Assembly (NCBI GenBank): GCA_937969345.1
Contig: CALBVK010000166.1
Location: 1-41,295, forward strand
Direction: 5' to 3'
Source of the DNA: an uncultured Acidimicrobiales bacterium
GTDB lineage: Bacteria > Actinomycetota > Acidimicrobiia > Acidimicrobiales > SHLQ01
DNA: 41,295 bases
A program made the position numbers and the translations under genes. The notes beneath the pieces are model-generated. The model was not told the origin of the DNA. It did not search any database and saw nothing but the letters and a program-made list of their open reading frames with translations. How positions within the stretch are numbered: the stretch's first letter is position 1; each line of letters starts with the position of its first letter. This document shows, piece by piece, positions 35,671 through 41,295 of the stretch.

Positions 35671-36729
35671 ATGTCGAGAAAAGTTGAGGTAACCGGAACG
35701 CGTCCACGCCCGGGTCCTCGTCCGCAACGAGCCGCTTCGCCATCGGGCACGACCGAGCAGCGTCGCTCGACGGCTCGCTCGACCCATGGTTCGACACGTC
35801 GGCGCACCGCACACACGCCAACAGCCAAGCCAAAGGCGCGCAAGGCTGCCTCGTCCAAGCCAACAGCGCGCAAGCCAACAGCGCGCAAGGCTGCCTCGTC
35901 CAAGCCAAAGACGGCATCATCGAAAGCGGTCGTGAGCTCGCCGAGGTCGATCCCGGCCCGCCGCACAGCCACAAGCGGTGGCGAGCCAGCAAACCCGGCG
36001 AAGTGGTGGCTGCTCGCGGCGATCGTCGTCGGCGCTGCGTTCTGTATTGCGGTTCTCGAAGCGCCATTCTTCGAAGCCGAGAACGTCCAGGTGAGTGGAG
36101 CAGCGCGCACGAGCGAGGGACTCATTCTCGATGCCCTCGACATTGGCGAAGACCAAGCGCTCCTGATGTATGACACCGATGAAGGTGCAGACCGAATCGC
36201 TGCGCTGCCGTGGGTCAAGGCGGTCGAAGTGACCCGTCAGTGGCCGTCGACCGTCCGAGTCGTCGTCCGTGAGCGGACCGTGTCGGCAACCGTTGGCAGC
36301 CCGTCTGGCCGCGAGTGGGTCGTCCTCGGAGAAGACGGTGTTGTGGTCGAGTCGAGAATGACTCCACCTACCGGTGTCCCGCTGATCGTCGCGACAAGCC
36401 AGATCATCGAGTCGGCCGAAATCGGCGGAGAACTCGAAGGCATCGAACGCGTTCTTGAGATTACCCAGGACCTTCCGCTACAGCTCGACCCGTGGGTCAC
36501 GACATGGAGTGTCGACAACGATGGTCGGGTGATCGCCAAGCTTGTTGGAACCGCCTACGCGTCGTTTGGCGCATTCGAAGATCACCGAACGCAGTTCGTC
36601 TCCCTGGCCTCGATTCTCGACGGGGGAGCATCGTTGGTCTGCCTCGAACGGATCGATCTGACCGTGGCCGATACCCCGGTGCTGCACCGAAACGCACCGT
36701 GCATGCTCGAAGCGCAGGAGCTTACGTAA
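35671..36729 (+). CDS. ftsQ: Cell division protein FtsQ/DivIB
   Basis: Basic cytoplasmic tail, TM, POTRA (LPWVKAVEVTRQWPSTVRVVVRER), IDLT C-terminus; lies before ftsZ. Confidence 0.9.
   Translation: MSRKVEVTGTRPRPGPRPQRAASPSGTTEQRRSTARSTHGSTRRRTAHTPTAKPKARKAASSKPTARKPTARKAASSKPKTASSKAVVSSPRSIPARRTATSGGEPANPAKWWLLAAIVVGAAFCIAVLEAPFFEAENVQVSGAARTSEGLILDALDIGEDQALLMYDTDEGADRIAALPWVKAVEVTRQWPSTVRVVVRERTVSATVGSPSGREWVVLGEDGVVVESRMTPPTGVPLIVATSQIIESAEIGGELEGIERVLEITQDLPLQLDPWVTTWSVDNDGRVIAKLVGTAYASFGAFEDHRTQFVSLASILDGGASLVCLERIDLTVADTPVLHRNAPCMLEAQELT
35836..35908 (+). repeat. In-frame coding repeat in the ftsQ N-terminus
   Basis: GCGCGCAAGGCTGCCTCGTCCAAGCCAA at 35836-35863 and 35881-35908 (45-nt period). 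Confidence 0.85.
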
Positions 36730-36817
36730 TAGACAGTCGTGGGCCGTACGGTCCAAAAGTACAGAATTTCTCGTTCTCGTTTTGCAACTTCCGTCAAACT
36801 ACGGTTTCCTTTCTCAC

Positions 36818-36930
36818 GTGTGGTGCTCACCGCGCCACACACAGCGAGTAGGGGCCGTGAGGCGCACGCTCTCGTAACCGACCATCCACCCGGCACAATT
36901 TCGGGCCGGCTGGATGGTCGATTACGGAGA
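36818..36930 (+). promoter_or_regulatory. Structured leader (two stem-loops) upstream of ftsZ
   Basis: 9-bp hairpin 36818-36840; long interrupted hairpin 36870-36930 (5+10+5 bp core). Confidence 0.5.
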
Positions 36931-36985
36931 TGCACCACATGCGGAGGAGTCTTACGCGATGATCGGGACCGGAGGAACCAGCCCC

Positions 36986-38212
36986 ATGAACGGAACACCC
37001 CAGAATTACCTTGCAGTGATCAAGGTTGTCGGCGTCGGCGGTGGCGGCGTCAATGCTGTCAACCGCATGATCGACGCCGGATTGAAGGGCGTCGAATTCG
37101 TCGCCGTCAACACCGACGCGCAAGCCCTTCTGATGAGCGATGCAGACATCAAGCTCGACATCGGCCGTGAACTGACCCGGGGCCTCGGCGCTGGTTCGGA
37201 CCCAGAGGTTGGCCGCCAGGCCGCCGAAGATCATCGAGATGAGATTCAGGCTGCCATCGACGGCGCCGACATGGTCTTCATTACCGCAGGCAAGGGCGGC
37301 GGCACCGGAACCGGCGCGGCTCCAGTTATTGCCGAGATCGCTCGCGACGTCGGCGCACTCACCATCGGTGTTGTTACCCGGCCGTTCGGTTTTGAAGGTC
37401 GCCGACGCGCCGTCCAGGCCGAACAAGGCATTCAACGCCTCAAGGAAAATGTCGACACCCAGATCGTCATTCCGAACGATCGCTTGCTCACGGTGTCCGA
37501 CGAGAACACCTCCGTGCTCAACGCCTTCAAGATGGCCGACGAGGTGCTCCTCCAAGGTGTCCAGGGCATTACCGATCTCATCACGACCCCAGGCCTGATC
37601 AACACCGACTTCGCCGACGTGAAGATGATCATGTCCGACGCAGGCTCGGCGCTTATGGGCATTGGCTATGCGTCCGGTGAAGGCCGAGCCCTCGCCGCCG
37701 CACGCGCAGCGATCAGCTCACCGCTTCTCGAAGCATCGATCGAAGGCGCACGAGGCATCCTGCTCAACATCTCGGGCGGAAGCGATCTTGGCTTGTTCGA
37801 AGTCAACGAAGCAGCTGAGGTCATCCACGGCGTTGCTCACCCGGACGCCAACATCATCTTCGGCGCCGTGATCGACGACGAGATGGGCGACGATGTCCGC
37901 GTCACCGTTATCGCTGCGGGCTTTGAACGCTGGGACAGCAGCACCACAGTCGGTGCAGCGACGTCGGGAACGACCCTTGCCGAACGAGCTCCGATCGGCG
38001 GGTCAAGCCCAGAAATTTCGACGACGACCGTGTCCGAGACGTCATCACCTGCAGATACCGCAGCACCGGCAACTCCATCGTCGGCCTCGACGTTTAGCGT
38101 TGGCTCAAACGATGACGACCTCGAAATAGCGGACGTCTTTGCCGACACCGATCCCGAAGAAGACGAAGACGGTCCGGACGACGAATTCGACGTCCCTGAC
38201 TTTCTTCGCTGA
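36986..38212 (+). CDS. ftsZ: Cell division protein FtsZ
   Basis: [24 protein letters not shown] and C-terminal DVPDFLR motifs; GGAGGA SD before ATG 36986. Confidence 0.98.
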   Translation: MNGTPQNYLAVIKVVGVGGGGVNAVNRMIDAGLKGVEFVAVNTDAQALLMSDADIKLDIGRELTRGLGAGSDPEVGRQAAEDHRDEIQAAIDGADMVFITAGKGGGTGTGAAPVIAEIARDVGALTIGVVTRPFGFEGRRRAVQAEQGIQRLKENVDTQIVIPNDRLLTVSDENTSVLNAFKMADEVLLQGVQGITDLITTPGLINTDFADVKMIMSDAGSALMGIGYASGEGRALAAARAAISSPLLEASIEGARGILLNISGGSDLGLFEVNEAAEVIHGVAHPDANIIFGAVIDDEMGDDVRVTVIAAGFERWDSSTTVGAATSGTTLAERAPIGGSSPEISTTTVSETSSPADTAAPATPSSASTFSVGSNDDDLEIADVFADTDPEEDEDGPDDEFDVPDFLR

Positions 38213-38225
38213 GGAACCGCTCCTC

Positions 38226-38939
38226 GTGAGCGCACAGCACCACTTCATCCGAGCTGATGGCTCGATCGTCGACGTCGCGATTACCGACCGTGCCGACGGA
38301 GACTTTCATATCGACGCGCCTCCCGAGGCTCTCGCTGACCGGCGGCGTGCAGTGTTAGGGCCAAACCCCTGGACCGTTGTTCGACAGGTGCACGGCGCAG
38401 CCGTCGCCTCGGCCGACCGTGTCTCCTGTGATCCCGCAGAGGCTCCGGAAGCAGACGCCCTTGTAGCCAGCGGGGTCGGTGTGCCAATCGCCGTCCAAGG
38501 CGCCGACTGCGCTCCGATCGCGTTCATCACAAATCATGGCCCGATTGCGGTTGCCCACGCCGGGTGGCGGGGCCTCGCCGCCGGGGTCGTTTCTGCGGTA
38601 ACCGACGATTTACACGCACGAGGGGCGACCGTCGAGCGAGCTGTCGTAGGTCCGGTTATTGGACCAGAGTGTTATGAGTTCGGGCGCGAAGACCTCGATC
38701 ACGTGGCTTCCTTGCTCGGCGACGACGTTCGCTCGATAACGGCGACCGGCGACCCAGCGCTCGACATGCGCGCCGCGATTACCTCGTCGTTTGCAGCGGT
38801 TGGCGTCGACGACGTCCAGTTCCTCGGAGCATGCACCGCATGTGGCGACTCGGGCTTTTCGCACCGGGCCCGACAGGAACCACAACGCCACGCTCTTGTG
38901 GCTCAGATCCGCCCAGCACCCAACGAGGTCTCCCTATGA
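38226..38939 (+). CDS. pgeF: PgeF/YfiH family (peptidoglycan editing factor / purine nucleoside phosphorylase)
   Basis: QVHG, ADCAP and AHAGWRG motifs; downstream of ftsZ; GAGGA SD before GTG 38226. Confidence 0.92.
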   Translation: MSAQHHFIRADGSIVDVAITDRADGDFHIDAPPEALADRRRAVLGPNPWTVVRQVHGAAVASADRVSCDPAEAPEADALVASGVGVPIAVQGADCAPIAFITNHGPIAVAHAGWRGLAAGVVSAVTDDLHARGATVERAVVGPVIGPECYEFGREDLDHVASLLGDDVRSITATGDPALDMRAAITSSFAAVGVDDVQFLGACTACGDSGFSHRARQEPQRHALVAQIRPAPNEVSL

Positions 38940-39601
38940 CCTCTGAACGCACGATGATGAGCCCCGACACCGACGTTGCCGAACGGCTAGCCGTCGTCCG
39001 AAACGCCATTGAGGAGACCGGTTCTCCAGACGTCACGATCGTTGCGGTCACCAAAGGGTTCGACCGGTCGGCTATGGATTGCGCGCAACGGCTTGGCCTC
39101 ACCGACGTGGGGGAGAACTACGCCCAAGAGCTTCTCGAGAAGGTAGACGCTCTACACGAGGACACGAATGTCCACTTCATGGGGCGAGTGCAGCGCAACA
39201 AAGTACGCAAAATCGCCGAGCATGTCGATCTCTGGCACAGCGTTGCTCGACCCGAAATTCTCACCGAAATTGCCAAACGAAGCCCGGGCGCACGGGTGCT
39301 CATCCAGGTCAGGCCACACGACGACGAGACCAAAGATGGAGTGGGTCCCGCCGACCTCGAACACATGCTGATGATCGCTGCGGAGCTCGAAATTCACATC
39401 GCGGGTCTCATGACCATCGGCGTGCTCGGGGACCCACCCGCCACAAAAGCAGCCTTCGTCGAACTCGACCAACTGTGTGAGCGCTACGACCTCGTCGAGC
39501 GTTCGATGGGAATGAGCGGCGACTATAGAGACGCACTCGCAGCCGGCGCAACGATGTTGCGGCTTGGTTCCACGCTCTTTGGCGAACGGCCACCGCGATG
39601 A
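38936..39601 (+). CDS. yggS: PLP homeostasis protein YggS/YlmE
   Basis: AVTK, GENYAQE, GLMT and SMGMSGD motifs. Confidence 0.94.
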   Translation: MTSERTMMSPDTDVAERLAVVRNAIEETGSPDVTIVAVTKGFDRSAMDCAQRLGLTDVGENYAQELLEKVDALHEDTNVHFMGRVQRNKVRKIAEHVDLWHSVARPEILTEIAKRSPGARVLIQVRPHDDETKDGVGPADLEHMLMIAAELEIHIAGLMTIGVLGDPPATKAAFVELDQLCERYDLVERSMGMSGDYRDALAAGATMLRLGSTLFGERPPR

Positions 39602-39765
39602 CCATTCACGAGGCGATTCGGAGCCGACAAGGATGCGAGCTACCATTACGTATTCGGTGCGAGACCGCGAACTCCACCAAAACGAACTATTCCAGCGATG
39701 AAACTTATTGGTTTCTCGAAGCATGGGCGGACGCACCCGCCGCCCTACAGAACAGGAGATCCTGA
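39598..39765 (+). other. 55-aa bridge ORF between yggS and sepF
   Basis: ATG overlaps yggS stop (ATGA 39598-39601); TGA 39763-39765 overlaps sepF ATG (TGATG). Confidence 0.3.
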
Positions 39766-40448
39766 TGTCAGGCTTTTACAAAAAGGCAGTCGTCTGGCTC
39801 GGACTAAACGAGGAATACCCAAACGACGACTTCGGCATGGACACCGAGCCTGAAGTCAGCGCTGCAGCACCTGCAGACGCGGCCCCGTCGCCAAGCCCTC
39901 GGCCATCAGCGCCAGAAGGCGCCCCCGCTCCTCGGACTGTAGGACCCAAGCCCGAAGCCCGAACCGTGGCGCCTCGCGAGGCCGCCACACCCGACCACGC
40001 ATCACGATCCGCAGGGTCGCGCAATGTCGAATACCCCAATCGCTATGGCGCCCGCTCGGCAGGCGAAGGAACGGTGCGTGCAATCCCTATGGACGAAGAT
40101 CTAACCCCCGACATCAAGGCGCCCAGTGCATTGCGGACACCGCCAGCCGACCTCCGCGGCGGAACCGTCCGTGCCGTCCCAATGGCCAAGACCGTAAAAC
40201 CACAACTCGTGGTGCCGAAGTCGTTCAACGACGCGCAAGATGTCGCCGACATGTTCCGAGACAAGAAGCCGGTCATCGTCAACATGCAAAGCGCCGAACG
40301 AGATCTCGCTCGCCGCCTCATCGACTTCAGCTCCGGGCTTTGCTACGGACTCGGCGGACAGATGGAGAAGGTCGCCAAGGACGTCTATCTGCTGACTCCC
40401 GACGACGTCGAAGTCGCTGACGAGCACCGCGTCGTTCCTCAGTCCTGA
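39765..40448 (+). CDS. sepF: Cell division protein SepF
   Basis: N-terminal amphipathic KKAVVWLGL; core PKSFNDAQ...VIVNM...RRLIDFSSGL...YLLTP; AGGAG SD. Confidence 0.95.
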   Translation: MSGFYKKAVVWLGLNEEYPNDDFGMDTEPEVSAAAPADAAPSPSPRPSAPEGAPAPRTVGPKPEARTVAPREAATPDHASRSAGSRNVEYPNRYGARSAGEGTVRAIPMDEDLTPDIKAPSALRTPPADLRGGTVRAVPMAKTVKPQLVVPKSFNDAQDVADMFRDKKPVIVNMQSAERDLARRLIDFSSGLCYGLGGQMEKVAKDVYLLTPDDVEVADEHRVVPQS

Positions 40449-40464
40449 CGGACTTCGTCTCTTC

Positions 40465-40610
40465 CCGCCTTTTCCTTCGCTTCGCTCCGAAAACGCTTCG
40501 CCGTTCCTTCGTTTCTGGCCGGGCCGCCTTTCCTCGCTTCGCTCCGAAAACGCTTCGCCGTTCCTCGTTTCTGGCCGGGCCGCTCTTCCTTGCTTCGCTC
40601 GGAAAACGCT
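40465..40610 (+). repeat. Pyrimidine-rich ~57-bp tandem repeat (2.5 copies)
   Basis: Units 40465-40523 and 40524-40579 plus partial 40580-40610; core GCTTCGCTC(C/G)GAAAACGCT. Confidence 0.9.
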
Positions 40611-40629
40611 GTTGGTTTAGGATCCGGTC

Positions 40630-41094
40630 GTGGATGCTGAGGCGTTTGTTGTTGTTGCCGCCGACTCTGATCAGGCGCGCTCGGCCATGAAGGCCTACTT
40701 CTCTGAGCTCGACGAACGGTTCGTCGATGGCTTTGACGTCGACGGAGCCTTCGATGACGACGCCGGCATCTTCGACCCTCCCGCCGGGTCGTTTGTCATC
40801 GTGCTCGACGGCGAACGGGTGGTCGGCTGCGGGGGAGTGCAACGCCACGACGACCACACCGGAGAAATCAAGCGGATGTGGGTCGATGCCAGCATGCGTG
40901 GTCGCGGGCTGGGTCGGCGACTCCTCACCCGCCTCGAAGGTGAGACTCGTACCCTCGGATACTCGTCGGTTGTGCTCGACACGAATGCCGTCTTGGCGCA
41001 GGCGATATCGATGTACGAGAGCGCCGGATATGTCGCCATCGAGCGGTACAACGACAACCCATACGCACATCACTGGTTTCGCAAGGCCCTCTAA
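40630..41094 (+). CDS. GNAT family N-acetyltransferase
   Basis: VGCGG, EIKRMWV, RGRGLG, AISMYESAGY and YNDNPYA motifs; TAGGAT -10 lies 6 nt before the GTG. Confidence 0.92.
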   Translation: MDAEAFVVVAADSDQARSAMKAYFSELDERFVDGFDVDGAFDDDAGIFDPPAGSFVIVLDGERVVGCGGVQRHDDHTGEIKRMWVDASMRGRGLGRRLLTRLEGETRTLGYSSVVLDTNAVLAQAISMYESAGYVAIERYNDNPYAHHWFRKAL

Positions 41095-41154
41095 CGGACG
41101 GAACGGCCGTGGGTATACCCCGTTTCGCGCGCAGAGCGAAACTAGTATCGCGGA

Positions 41155-41295
41155 ATGGATCTGGTACGTGAACTGAAAGAGGTCCGCTTCGAGCTGAGCC
41201 TTCGTGGCTACGACTGCGAAGCGGTCGATGCGTTCTTGGCGAAACTTCGTGGCGACGTGTCTGCCGTTCAAAGCGAACATGACGGTGCTCAGGCT
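41155..41295 (+). CDS. divIVA: DivIVA domain protein, 5' part (truncated by window edge)
   Basis: MDLVRELKEVRFELSLRGYDCEAVDAFL matches the F...RGY...VD.FL DivIVA motif; downstream of sepF. Confidence 0.85.
   Translation, partial: MDLVRELKEVRFELSLRGYDCEAVDAFLAKLRGDVSAVQSEHDGAQA

Noticed and set aside
36730-36985. Absence of ftsA between ftsQ and ftsZ
   Set aside because: Normal for Actinomycetota, which use SepF as the FtsZ anchor.
463-39736. Many long antisense or alternate-frame ORFs (e.g. 463-1467, 2198-3196, 19821-20882, 28443-29573, 29552-30544)
   Set aside because: They shadow well-supported genes and lack motifs; expected in high-GC DNA with few stops.
40465-40610. Possible CRISPR array
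   Set aside because: Units are contiguous tandem copies with no unique spacers.
40327-41280. 317-aa minus-strand ORF with Arg-rich repeats
   Set aside because: Antisense to GNAT, divIVA and sepF; its repeats are just the translated DNA tandem repeat.

Overview
GC-rich actinobacterial chromosome segment. Gene content and protein styles suggest class Acidimicrobiia (inference). The right half (23.1-41.3 kb) is the division/cell-wall (dcw) cluster: mraZ-rsmH-ftsL-ftsI-murE-mraY-murD-ftsW-murG-murC-murB-ftsQ-ftsZ-pgeF-yggS-sepF-[repeat, GNAT]-divIVA, with no murF. It is preceded by the usual actinobacterial dinB/DUF3040/transglutaminase/DUF58/MoxR block. The left half has the 3' end of an NYN gene, two paralogous membrane-anchored proteins sharing an unrecognised ~105-130 aa domain (three copies), a small Cys-rich protein, queG, a GT4 glycosyltransferase, an SRPBCC protein, a degenerate SMC-like protein, a ROK kinase, glpK, pfkA, an MtrAB-LpqB-like trio and an inositol monophosphatase. 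I saw no mobile element, CRISPR array, rRNA or tRNA. The most notable signals are: a large structured RNA candidate between mraZ and rsmH; a second structured leader before ftsZ; three small 'bridge' ORFs, each overlapping both the upstream stop and the downstream start; the novel tandem-domain gene pair; and leaderless-type promoters at about ten genes. All calls are by-eye motif recognition; no searches were run.
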